64,000 bases of DNA from Mobula hypostoma (GCF_963921235.1 NC_086111.1:53320001-53384000); one strand, 5' to 3'; positions 40,340 to 53,226 are shown, counted from the first letter of the stretch. Numbers and translations are program-made. Notes: a model not told the origin generated them from the sequence alone.

Positions 40340-40622
40340 CAGCTCTGGCAGGGTTGCAGGCTATTACTTCCTTCAAGGCTTAATACATCATGAATGGCTG
40401 TGAGACTTCACTCTCAGATGAGCCAAACATCTTTTTATCCATACTTTGAAAGAGAGAATAAAACTACACTTGTGCTAATCCCTGCAGCATCTGGTGACCC
40501 TGTAATCTCTATATTGGAGACCGATGTCAGAGCATCTTTCATAAGGGTGAACCCTCAGAAGTTATTCGGCCCTGATGGTGTACCTGGTAGGTCATTGAAA
40601 ACCTGTGCCGACCAACTGGCAG
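40340..40622 (+). mobile_element. Rex-Babar ORF fragment
   Basis: DVRASFIRVNPQKLFGPDGVPGRSLKTCADQLAG. Confidence 0.75.
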
Positions 40623-41487
40623 GAGCTGCTTTTTAAAGGCTAAATCTATTGTGATATGAGTTGGGCCAAAATAAGGCAATTAGCATATAAATTGAATATG
40701 TTCATAGTTTTAATTTTAAAGTTTTGGAATTCATTCTGGTACCTCAAGTAGTGAAAGTGGTAGATAGTTATGTTTTAGAGATGGAAGTCCATGATTGATT
40801 ATCAGTCTGCCCAGAGTGAATTGGTTCTAGTGCATTTGGATTATAAATATAATTATATCAAACCATAACCCAGTTACAGTTGCCATTGAGCTAAGGAAGA
40901 TGTGAAGCAGTTTAACTTGAAACTATAGTAGGTTAATTTGTGTTTCAAGGTAGAGTGAGAAAAGGTACTGTAAAGTAGTAATTTGGAACTTGGAGCCTAA
41001 TTGCTTAAAAGCCTTACCTACTAATTTTGTCCCAAAGCAGTCAGAGGATTCAGTATTTTGTGGATTCTGAAGCAAGTGAAGATTATAACAAAATTTTAAT
41101 ATTTTTGAGTAAGAATGCCAAGCAGATCATTTTTGTACAATCATTTGTAACATTGATTAGGGGCAGTTTAGTGCATTGGCAGGGATAACGAGTTGATTGA
41201 AAACATTCAGATGTGGAGGTAAAGGAAATAATTGCTCATATTTTAGAGATGATGTAATATGGTGAAGCATGTTACATAAGTGCCATAATAATGTGTGAGT
41301 TTTGGTTTTAGCATGAAGCAGAGAGTGGGATGCAAGTTGAACGGATGTTCTCTGTCTTAGCCAGATGGAAGTTTACGAATTCCTGATGTATTGAGGATGA
41401 CAGGCAAGGAAATGATGAGGGAAGTTTTATTTTTACTTTTGGTAAATGAAATATAAATGTTGCCTTGACAGGGTAGGTAAGGAACCA

Positions 41488-41835
41488 GCACCCCCAGCAC
41501 CCAGGGCATGCCCTTTTCTCACTATTACCATCAGGTAGGAGGTACAGAAGCCCAAAGGCACACACTCAGCGATTCAGGAACAGTTTCTTCCCCTCTACCA
41601 TCCGATTCCTGAATGGACATTGAACCCTTGGACTCTACCTCACTTTTTTTTAATATATAGTATTTCTGTTTTTGCATGATTTTTAATCTATTCAATATAC
41701 TGTATGTATACTGTAATTGATTTACTTATTTATTATTTTGTTGTTTATTTTTTCTTCTATATTATGTATTGTATTGAACTGTGCTGCTAAGTTAACAAAT
41801 TTCATGACACATGCCGGTGATAAATCTGATTCTGA
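41488..41835 (+). mobile_element. Rex-Babar 3' end
   Basis: Reverse complement of 7771-8100; ends gataaatctgattctga. Confidence 0.85.
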
Positions 41836-42044
41836 ATATAAGATTATAGTCAAACATGGCACTGTCTTCTATTGAGAGAGCAGGAGTAAAGAAGCACTAC
41901 AAGATGGCACGTTCAATGGAAAGTGGGCAAGAGATGAATTTGTGATTTGATACAGCCATTTTTAGGGTGCCTGATCTTTCCATAAAGAATTTGTATGCTT
42001 TATGTGACTACTCTTGACCCAAGATTCAGTCAAAGCAAGGATAT

Positions 42045-42240
42045 CAATGCAACCAGCAACCTGCTGGAAGAACACAGTGGGTCAAGCAGTATTTGTGCAA
42101 GAATAGGACTAGTTGATGTTTCTGGTCAGAACCCTACATCCCACAGATGCTGCTGTCCTGCTGAGTTCCTCCAGCAGATTGTTTGCTGCTTCTGATTTCA
42201 TCTGGAGGAACAAGCAACCATTTGCAGTGTCTTGTGTGTC
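42045..42240. mobile_element. Palindromic Penelope pLTR-derived element
   Basis: caacctgctggaagaacacag.. versus ..ctgctgagttcctccagcagattg inverted arms. Confidence 0.6.
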
Positions 42241-43020
42241 CATAATATTAATGAAATTTGGCTACAAAAATATTTTTATTTAAAAGATATACTGACAGGA
42301 TATGCCAAGAGTGTCAGTCTAATGATAGGAAATCTAGCGAATCTGGCAGTCATTCAGATGTGTAACGTAGGGAGATTACATATGCTAGGCTTTCATGGCA
42401 AAATCAGCTTAAAGGAGTAGGTATTGAGGCAATGGGTACCTAGTTTGGTACTTCAGGGATTGCATTGAAAGGAAACAGAAAGTCACCAGATTCTTACCAA
42501 AAGAGCTTGATGCTTAGGGTTGTAGCAAGAATATAGGAAGCTAATGGTTTAGAGAAGGACAGGAAGAAGATTGACTGGAGAAATTCCTTTTTCACTGAGC
42601 AACAAATCAGCCACATTGCTGGAAATGCATCTGTTCGCATGAATGCACATAACAATAGATGCTGTCCCACAAGTTATAAATAATTTTTAAGTTGTAGCAC
42701 GTTTATTATTGTGGCCCTACACTTGGAAACAAGATGACTTGAGTCTTTCTATGTAGATTTAATTCTGACATGGATTTGGCACAGCTCATTCCTTTCCAGA
42801 CTGATCTTCGGCTCAAACTCCAGAGGTGAAGTTTTAATTTGTAGCATTACCCTGTCCTGGGCATATCATCTCTAATTTTTTAATTGTGATATTTTGAGTT
42901 GGAAACAATGATCCTTCATTTGCATCAGTTTGATTTCATTAAAATGTTGAAGTTCCAATTCGGAAGCTGTATGTCTTTGTGCTTTGTAAATGAAATGAAA
43001 TTAAAGTTCTCAATTAGGCC

Positions 43021-43465
43021 ATAAGACCATAAGATACAGGAGCAGAAATAGGCCATTCGGCCCATCAAGTCTGCTTCGCCATTCAACCATGGGCTGATCC
43101 AATTCTTCCAGTCATCCCCACTCCTCTGCCTTCTCCCCATACCCTTTGATGCCCTGGCTAATCAAAAGCCTATCTATCTCTGCCTTAAGTGCACCCAATG
43201 ACTTGGCCTCCACAGCCGCTTGTGGCAACAAATTCCACAGATTTACCACCTTCTGATTAAAGTAATTTCTCTGCATCTTTGTTCTCAGTGGACGTCCTTC
43301 AATTCTGAATTTGTGCCCTCTTATCCTAGACTCCCCTACCATGGGAAATAACCTGCCATATCTAATCCGTTCAGGCCTTTTAACATTTGGAATGTATCTA
43401 TGAGAACCCCCCTCATTCTCCTGAACTCCAGGGAACACAGCCCAAGGGCTGCCAGATGTTCCTCA
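43021..43465 (-). mobile_element. Young CR1 3' fragment
   Basis: RIRGHKFRIEG..RNYFNQKVVNLWNLLP..KAEIDRLL..GIKGYGEKAEEW; near-copy of 9868-10345. Confidence 0.9.
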
Positions 43466-43867
43466 TGGAAAGACCATGATCATCCACATCATACGACACG
43501 GCATGTAACTGACAGACAGACTGACAGACAATTAGTTAGTTATATACTGCCTCTGAAAATCACTCCATTGAATTCATAATGAACAACTGGGGTTAACTTT
43601 CCAGGCAAAGTCATCTTCTTTCCACTTGGCGATTTGAAGAGCCGGGTTGAGCTTTATATCAGCTTATGTACAGAAGACATTGAATAGAACAATGCTTTAC
43701 GTCTCAAAAAGACTGATTTTCTCTAATAAACCAAGCTGGGGGGGGAGGGGTTACCAAGGGTTGGAGTGGGGTGGGGTGGGGCGGGGTGGTATTTATTGTC
43801 ATCTTATTCCAGTAAGGTTTTGTTCCCAGTGAACTTCAGATTCAAAGTATGTATTTTTATTGAAGTA

Positions 43868-44110
43868 CAATGGATTCCAATTAATTGGGCCATCGGTTAA
43901 TCAAGGCAGCTGCTTATTTGGGACAACTCTTAAGGACGAAAGACTGATCAAGAAAGTAGCTAGGATTCGTTTATTTGGGACAGTTAGGCACTTAACTGCG
44001 GCAGAAGACTGCTGCTGAACATTTTTTAATTAGCGTCTGTCACGTGCACACTGTTAGACAGTACACCGTGCTTAGAGCAAACAGTTTGTAAATAGCATCA
44101 GATTAGGGTA
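43868..44110. mobile_element. Tigger/pogo-like DNA transposon end fragment
   Basis: TA followed by CAATGGATTCCAATTAATTGGG and subterminal TTATTTGGGACA repeats; partner TIR not found. Confidence 0.45.
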
Positions 44111-44834
44111 CAAACATGATATCACAGAGAAGCAAAGAATTTAATGTTGGGATGGACAGGGTGAATTGATTGAACCCAACTTCTCCCTCTTGAGCTATGC
44201 TATGAGTGATGAATAGTACCTTTAATGGCCATGGTGGATCTTGCAATGCAGTTAACTCGTTCCAAAAGCAATTAAAATGTTCACAGAAATTGGGAAGGTA
44301 TTTTTGGCTTGAAGAAGCTTAAAGCCATGTGTGCTTGAGTTGATCATCCTCTTCTGAAACATCTTTCATTCCCAGTTTTGTTTAGCCATTGACATTAAGT
44401 TAGGAAAATGATCGTTGAAAGCAGGAGTAAATGACTTTGAAAATTTGATTATCTTCTTAGTCTTTTAAAAGCAATGTACAAATATGGCATCTGTGGAGAA
44501 TTTTCCTTGATTTATAGAATTTGGTATGTTTTTATTTGAATAACATATTGGATAATACTGATAAGTTATTAAGTATCTGAATATTTTCAATGACCAAATA
44601 CTTAGAGCAGTCTAGAGGCTATTCCAGCAAGTGATCTTAAAACCTTAATCTGAATTACTTGGTGACATTAATTTCAGGAGGTCATTAAGAATATTCAAAT
44701 ACTTGGTTACGTATGTTTGTGTTACAATGTTGAGTAACCCCAAACTAATCTTTTCCTGCATTATTCTCAATTTTCTCTGGTATCTCCTGTCTCCTGTCTA
44801 TACTTCAACTTCCTGTCTCCCTTGCTTCAATCAG

Positions 44835-44846
44835 CTTGGCTTCCAG
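44835..44846 (+). CDS. ERC2: ERC2 12-nt microexon CTTGGCTTCCAG ((S)LAS(R)), phase 2-2
   Basis: About 98-nt AG-free pyrimidine tract ending cttgcttcaatcag|, donor |gtcagt; joins ...ELE-AG to give ELE-SLAS-R, matching recalled ELESLTLR (ERC2) and ELESLTSR (ERC1). Confidence 0.88.
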
Positions 44847-47257
44847 GTCAGTACCTTCTGCTATCTTTTCATTTGTGCATTTCTTGTCTTAGTTAATACT
44901 TGATAATTCCTTAAAGCATATTTCTTAGATTCCTCATTTACTAACATGCTTGAAGACTAAGTGACAATTTAGATGCTAGTTACCAGGTATTTCATCAAAT
45001 TTAGAGCACACATTATGTGTAACTGTAGAAGAAATTGGTGGTAAAATATAACACTGCAGTTTAATTAAGCAGTAATTATTTGCAAATGTTGATCTCTGTG
45101 TATTAAATTATCCAGTTTGTAGTTTCACTTTTAATACAAAACTTCTCATGTCATTGCCTAAGTCATTGTTCTTAGAGATTTTAATTATAGCCAGCAGCTA
45201 GGGAACAAAGTGGAATATTTTTGTGTGAATAGGCTGAGGGTTTTAATTCAATATCCTTTGCACCGTTGCAAGAGTTATGCACTAGAGAATTACTTCACAT
45301 TGTACTCCTGCATGGCTTGTACTCGCCCAACAAGGGGGGGTAGATAGCTAAAATATTAAATCTGTCATTCTTGAAGTTTCATTATTTGTTTTATGATAAG
45401 ACCAGAAATTTTCCATTTCATTACAAATGTGAAATATAGGTAGTAGGAGCATTTGACATTCTTGCAATTAATTTTGAACATGTACTCCTTAGGTCATAGA
45501 CACAAATTGATCTGTTTCAGAATGAATAGAGAGGTTTTCTTTCATAGTTCTCTTGTCACTTGCTGTAAAATAAACACATCCACCTCTTCTCATCAAAATA
45601 TTCTTTATATACATATCTCGGTCAGAAGATTAGAAATAAATTTGCAATAATAAGAAATATCAATTTTCTGGAACTGTTTCTAAAACAAAAGTTGTGGAAG
45701 TATAATAGATTGACATTTGATATTGATTTTATGAAATTTCATTTTAAATTTGAATGTTCAATGTCTTTATGAAAAAAAGATGGAAATTTCTGCAAAGCTA
45801 ACACAAATTATAGTTTAATGCTGTTCAATCAGTACCAGACAGGACAATGTTTTCATTTTCAATTTGGTAAACTTATCAACATAAAACCCATGCTATGTTC
45901 TTTCCATGGAACACTAACTGAGAGTACTTCACTTTACTGGATTTCTAATAAATCTATTTTCAAATAGGCCATCACTTCCTCCATCCATGCTTCTCTATGA
46001 CTTGCATTTAATCGCTTTAAGAGACAGGCATTAATGTGTAATAATATGCAATTTAATATTTTGCTATATTATTGAGAATGCGGCTTGCTTTTAGTTTACT
46101 TCCTAATTTCTGCTAAATATCATACACAAGAAAGGCTACAGTCATACAAAAATATGGCACATTATCACCTTATGAAGGACTGTTAGAAATAGGCGATGAA
46201 TATTAACATTGTAATTCATGTTTCGCTTCCCTAAAAATGAAAGGAAACTTAGAAAGGGGAGAAAATTAAGGGTAAAATTGTAATAACTGTCAAAAACACA
46301 AGTGTTTGCCTGTGAAGGGGTTAAACCTCAGTTACAGTAGCAGGATTTCAACTTGCCTGCACAGCCATCCTTAGTTTTATGGAATGTAATTTTTAGATTG
46401 GTGAAAAGAGACTGCAAAGCCTCACATTAACTCAGCTCCTTAAACAGAATTTAGTGGATTTTAGCTTTGCAGCAGATGTAGCAATAACAAATGACAGTTT
46501 CAAGAGCAGATTGAATGTGTTGATTGAAGATAATTTCCTTGGAGGAAAAAAGGTGCTACCTTGTAATGTGAGCTCAAAATTGAAAATCGTCGTTGAAACA
46601 AGGATGCAGAGAGGCCTTGAAGTTAATGTTTATTGACATAGCATAAACTTACCAATCACTGTCTCTGAATATGAGTGTCTGATTGAACTAGCCTTTTATA
46701 AATGCAGTACTTGGAGCTTTTGATTTCCCTCTGGCTTATCCTAACCTAAAGTTACATGCTGGAGTCTGGATCTACTGGTACCAGCATTAGTTCAGTGCTA
46801 ACTATGTTCATATTTCATAATAACATCAGTAAACTACAATCTTAAAGGTATCCAATCACAAGCAAGAGAAAATGCTGGAAATCTTAAAGGTATTACTGCA
46901 TGCCCAGATCTGTAGATATTTGCCCTGACTACGGTTATTGAATAACATTAAGGAATGGTGTAATTTTCTTTCCCAAGCAAGTAGACAGAGCCCATGTTTC
47001 GCAAGTAGATCATTTGTCTCAAGGAGAATTCTCATATTCCATGGTGAGAAGTGGATAAGTTGGTGGAAGGGAAGGGAATGATTTCACGTTCAGTATCTCA
47101 GTTGGTAGGCATGACTCGTAGTCAGTACCTTGAGGTGTTCTACCACACTGCAAGACTTTTTAGTGCCTCTTGTAAAAGACTAGACTCCTGCAAATTTTGC
47201 AGTGGCCTGAATGAGAAATGTTTAGATTGTTCAAAGAATTAAGAAGCAATCTTATTT

Positions 47258-47511
47258 CAGGTGATACCCATATTACAGGGAGTAACATTCCTAGAAAATT
47301 GTCCATATTGTGATTTTCCATAGCACAAAGCTATGTAATCTGAATGCGTTAAGAAACACTTTTTTTTAAATTGTGTTTAATTATTTGGTTTTTTTATATA
47401 ATTCTGTGGGAGTGAATTTTTATTCCATGATTTAAAATTTTAGGTATTGATATGTGAATTTATAAGGGTAAATTTCTCTTACATGAACAACCGTAATGTA
47501 GGTGTCACTTG
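47258..47511. mobile_element. Old Tc1/mariner-pogo-type MITE
   Basis: Imperfect 21-bp TIRs CAGGTGATACCCATATTACAG / CCGTAATGTAGGTGTCACTTG (16/21); TA on the right flank. Confidence 0.55.
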
Positions 47512-48394
47512 TATTGTTATTTTTAATACCTAATTGAAAAATAGTGTGCCTTTTTGCTGCAGTAATTATCCTGACAGTAAAGTAATTGTAGCAGAAATGT
47601 ACATATATTCTTTAGAAAGAATACATTTTTCAGAACAGACTCTGTAGCAATCAGCCATTAAATTGGTTTTCAAATTTTCAGGCATAGAAGTTGGATTGCT
47701 TTTTAAATAGGAAGGTGAGCACTGGGAAATTGTGTAAATGTAAACTGGTTAAACAAAGTATTTTCAAAGTACAATAGTGCAGAGAAAAGTTAAGCAATAT
47801 ACAGTACAATTATGTACAAATATTGAAAGTTTACTTTTTAAACTTTAAGTCAACTCTGCACATTGCGAACAGGAGAAACTGCACATGGTGCAGATAGATG
47901 TTCATTTACTAGATTGTGATATTGATACGTATTTTAAGGAAAGACAGTCATGCATTTATTTTATTATTTAAAGTTGTGGTTCAGATTCAATGATTTAGTG
48001 TTTCTGCTTGAATTTCTAATTTTTGCTTATGTATGTTGCTTAGTTTAAATGACAGTTGGAATATTTTAAATATTTTAATGAAAATTGACATCAGGGACAG
48101 ACTAACATTTTACAGTACTGCAAAGAAATTCCACAAAGTTTTTTCTTTATCTATTTTAAAATTATGGCCATTGATGTGTTTTTTTCTCTAATTCAATGCT
48201 GGGTAATAGAATATTGTAGATTGGTATTTAGGTAACTGGCTCAAAGTGCAGTGAGATAATAATGAGTTAATCTATGATTACTTTGTGGCGTTGATTGGAA
48301 ACAATTTGTTGGTTAGGTGGTTCCATGGCTTTTGAATAATTTCTAAGGGATGTTTATATTTTGGAGTTAATGAGCTGTGATTTAACAGTATGGT

Positions 48395-48785
48395 GTTGGT
48401 ATGCATTTTGAAATGTCACACTTACTGAGATAGAGCGAAAAGCTTTTGATTGCTGTACCATCCGGACAGATTGTTCCATTCATAAGTACTTTGAGATAGT
48501 AAAGAGGAAACGATGATACAGAAAACAGGGTTACATTTAAAGGGAAAGTGCGGTGCAGGTAGACAAAGTGCAAGGGTGACGATAAAGTACACTGGGGGGG
48601 GTCAAGAGTTTACTTTTTAGCATAAGGGAGGTCTGACTAAGAGTCTGATAACAGCAGGAATGAAACTGTCCTTGTGTTTGATGATTCATATTCTGCTCAG
48701 TGGGAGAGGGGAAAAAAGAGAGAATGACCAAGGTAGGAGGGAGACTTGATTAGCTTGCCTGCTTTCCCGAAGCAGCAGGTGTTGT
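48395..48785 (-). mobile_element. Rex-Babar-like 3' end fragment
   Basis: gagtctgataacagcaggaatgaaactgtcctt.. and tgtcacacttactgagatag resemble LINE 3' UTRs here. Confidence 0.55.
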
Positions 48786-50029
48786 CATTGGACTGAAATA
48801 CAGTTTAGAATATGTGTTGAAATTCTGGGATAGGATATCAGTCCAACTATCCACTTTAGAATAGGTTTGTTATGAGCTTGTATTACATTCCAGTACATAC
48901 AGTACATAACCTATGGATGAATATGGCACCTTGTATATTATGTGCATACTAAATAAGCATTGTATAAAGTATCTTAGACATATAACCTTTTGTACAAAAT
49001 TTTAATTACTGAGCAGTGAATTATAGGTTTAATTGTGTTCTGAAGTGCATTTCCAAGGGATTAATGTAGATTTTTGAATTGCTTGCACCTGATGCACGGA
49101 TATATATTGAGCGTAATTTATCCCTAAGTTGGCAGAGATCCATTTTGCCAAATTTCCTTATGTTTAGCACTTAATTAATTTTCCAGCTGAATCTTATATT
49201 GGCACTACGAGTATGTCCCACTTTGCAATCCATTAGATTAAAATTGGGCTCTGATTTAGACATTGTCACAGTTTCCTGAACTGTATACTGATATAGAGTT
49301 TGAATGTCTACCAGTTGATAACAACGTAAGTATGTTGGGCTACTAAAGTATGGTCTGTCAAAGTACATTTGGAGAGTCCTGTAATTTTAAAAAAAGTAAG
49401 AGAATTTTAAGTTCTTTTTTGTACCTTTGTTATTTTGTTGTGTACGAGGCTCTGTGCCAAATTTTTTTTTAATAGTCACTGTACTAGAGCCATCAAATTC
49501 CCAGTAGGAGACTCCCAGTTTCATTCATAAATTCTTGTAATTGTTGAACCTTTTGACAAATTTTAATGGCAGATTACGCTCCCAAATTTGAATGGATTTC
49601 TGTCTTGGACAGCCTCTTATCACCTCATCAGATGCAGATCCGCTTTCGTAAAATGAATTCTCTTTCAATACTGTCAGCTTGCATCCCACATCAATAACGC
49701 TGCTCATTTCTGCCTGTCTTGAGGAATCCAACGCCAGCTTCAATTATCCTGTTGGTACTCCTGTTTCCAGCCTTCCAAGTTTCTGATTACTTTCCAGTTG
49801 TTACTTAGGTATGATCCAATGGATTCACATCTTATACATGTTTTTAATTCCTGCTATTCCTTTAGTCATTTGTTTGCATTGCTTGAATAGAATGAAATCC
49901 TCTTAAGAAACTTGGTATTATAACCGACCTTTCCCTTACTATTTTGATTCTTGGCTTTCATTAATAAGTCCGATTTTATGCCAGCTTTTTTTTTATTGTA
50001 AAATACTTAACAGCAAACGTCTATGAACG

Positions 50030-50325
50030 TTCTCAGTCATCCAGGTCATTGTATATCAAGCAGTAGTAATCAAGGCAACTGGACTTGCTGTGTTGTCTAG
50101 AAGATGTTTCACCACTCATCCGAGAGACATTTCCCCTCTCATTACCTCTATAGCTTTTAACAGCCCTCACGTGATTGCTATACCTTTAAATAACTCACAG
50201 AGTTTATAAGCCGGAAAACTACCCACCATGGATCAGAACTGAAGAAGCCTCTTGGATGAGCGGTGAAAAGTCTTCTAGACAACACAGCAAGTCTAGTTGC
50301 CTTGATTTACTACTGCTTCATATAC
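50030..50325. mobile_element. Penelope-derived element with about 76-bp inverted arms and a hammerhead motif
   Basis: 50051-50126 is the inverted complement of 50249-50325; AGAA-CTGAAGA..GAAA-AG-TC-TTCT at 50235-50276. Confidence 0.75.
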
Positions 50326-51754
50326 TTGACACCAAAGTTAAATGGTACGACAAAATTTGATCTTTCAGTATTTTTGTTGCTATATCACCTTGATTATTAT
50401 GCTGCTATTCAGAAAGAATGCTTATTCAAGCTAGGCAGTTTAAAAAAAATCTACTTTGTGCAAAAATACAAAGAGAAGGTGAAAGGGGCATCTCCAAACC
50501 CAACAGACCATTATTTTGCTCAGGTTGTTTGACCTGGATTTCGGGCACTGGCTTTGTTGCAGCAACATTGTTTAGCAAGATGACCCAGTATCTCAAAACG
50601 TTCTATCTTTTTAAAATTTTTTTTTGCTCAGAATAACAAAATGTTCAATTTACAGATACATTTACATTTCTTCCCCTCACAGATATCAGAACACTTCCAT
50701 CAAAATATAGACATCACCCCAACGTCCTATACAAAACCCTTATTAGTATAGCAGACAGGTTTACATCTACATACTGCAGAAAAGTTTGCCATGTTTTATG
50801 AAAACTATTTGTTTTTGAGTGTACCATACATGTCAAAAAGCCCAAAGAAATGTATTCCATGATTAATTTACGCCAACCCAAAAGTCCAGGGGCCTTATCG
50901 GATATCCAACAAAGTAAAATGTTCTTCCTCGCACAAAAAGTCAGGATGTTAAGTTTTTTCTGATGTGCATTAATAACACAACTGCTGGGTAAGCCTAGGA
51001 GAAAAGACACTGGGTCCATTTCAAGCTCCATCTTCAGAATCTTTTCCATTTCACCCAAAATATCACTCCACTATGCCTGAAGTTTGGGACAAGTCCAAAA
51101 ACAGTGGGTGAAAGTTCCAGTATTTACTTTACATTTAGAACACATTGGAGAAACCCCCATCTTAAATTTCGAGAGACGATCTGGAGTCAGATGGGCTCTA
51201 GGCAGAATTTTGAGTTGCAATGCCTTAGTTCTATTACAAACTGAAATTTCCTTTGCATTATCCCAGATGTCTTTCCATGTTTCAGCTGTAACGTCTACTC
51301 CCAGCTCTTCCTCCCAGACCCTTCCCAGCTGCTCAGCCTCTCCACAAGAACATTCCCTCAGGATGCTGTAAGAAGTACTGATGGAGACTTCACCCTTAGA
51401 ACAAAACAACCTCTTTTCTATGTCAGAACTATAGAAATCAGTTAACAATGATGTTTTTTTCTGTACATAATCTCTTATCTGAAAGAAACGAAAAAGATCC
51501 TTGTTGGGTATGTTAAATTTCTGTACTATTTGACTAAAAGACATCATCATACCTCCATCAAACAAATCTCCTAGATGGAAAATACCCTTAGAAATCCAAT
51601 GTTTAAATCCAGAATCTACTATGCCAGGCTGAAAATCTGGAATGCCGGTTATTGGAGTGAAGGGTGATATTTTCGCTGCGTTGCCCTCAATTTGTCGCAC
51701 CGCCCTCCAAGCCCTGACCATATTAATTGTTATTGGATTGCGACAATATTCCTT

Positions 51755-52156
51755 CAACACACATAAAAGTTGCTGGTGAATGCAGCGGGCCAGGCAGCAT
51801 CTCTTGGAAGAGGTGCAGTTGACATTTCAGGCCGAGACCCTTCGTCAGGACTAACTGAAGAAAGAGTGAGTAAGGGATTTGAAAGTTGAAGGGGGAGGGG
51901 GAGATCCAAAATGATAGGTGAAGACAGGAAGGGGGAAGGATGGAGCCAAGAACTGGACAGGTGATAGGCAAAAGGGATAAGAGAGGATCATGGGACAGGA
52001 GGTCCGGGAAGAAAGACAAGGGTGGGGGGGGGACCCAGAGGATGGGCAAGGGGTATATTCAGAGGGACAAAGGGAGAAAAAGGAGAGTGAGAGAAACAAT
52101 GTGTGTATAAACTTTTATGTGTGTTGAATTTCCAGCATCTGCAGAATTCCTGTTGT
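51755..52156 (-). mobile_element. Penelope pLTR-derived insertion in L1 ORF2
   Basis: Flanked by a perfect 17-bp duplication TTGCGACAATATTCCTT (51738-51754, 52157-52173); hammerhead motif at 51817-51852. Confidence 0.9.
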
Positions 52157-53226
52157 TTGCGACAATATTCCTTAACTAGTTTCATCTTATTGAGGAAGAG
52201 CAAATTAATAAGAGGGCATTTTCCTTGTGAAGCTTCAATGTCTAGCCAGATTGAGGAGGGGTCCCTGCAAACCCAGTCAACTACGTAAGATAAAAAGGAA
52301 CTACTTAATTGATATTTTTTGATGTATGGAAAACCCAGACCCCCTAGACTACTGGGAAGCTGTAACTTAGACATTTTAATACAGGGTCTTTTTTTGTTCC
52401 AGATGAAAGACACAAACCAGCCATTTATTTTTTTTAAGTATTTGCTGGGTAAAAAGACTGGAATCATTCGTATTGGGTAGAGCAGACTAGGAAGAATGTT
52501 CATTTTGAGCAAGGATATTCGGCCATGCCAAGAAATGGGAAGAGCACTCTATCGCTCAAGGTCCTGTTTGATTTTGTCAAATAACTGTGTAAAGTTAGCT
52601 TTGAACAATTGATCAAATGTAGGTGTGATAAATATGCCAAAGTAAACAAAACCTGTCTGCGACCATTTAAAGGGGAGAACACCCTGTGTGTCAGGTACCT
52701 GCTGTAGATTCCCCAGATGCGTAGCCTCTGATTTAGTAAAGTTGATGTTATCACCCGCAAAGGCACTAAATGAGTTGATGCATTGTATAAGGTGGTGCAC
52801 TGATATAGCAGAGTTTGATAAGAGAATTAGAACCTCATCCGCATACAATGTAATTTTGTGTGACTTTAGTCCTATGTCTGGAACAGATATTTTGGGGTCT
52901 TGCCAAATAGCCTCAGCCAATGGCTCGATCACTAGTGTGAAAAGTAGTGGTGATAAAGGACAGCCCTGCCGGCTGCCCCTCAGAATACTAAAATTATCCG
53001 ACCTAATACCATTAGTGAGAATCGCAGCCAAAGGGTCATTATAAAGAACCTTCACCCACTTAATAAAATTATTGCCCAAACCAAATCGTTCTAACACGAT
53101 CAAAGGCCTTTTCTGCATCTAAGGAAACCACCAAGCCGTCCACTGCCTGTTGCTGACATGCCTGAATCACATTAAGTAATCTTCTGATATTGTTAGATGA
53201 TCTACGGCCTTTAACAAAACCAATTT

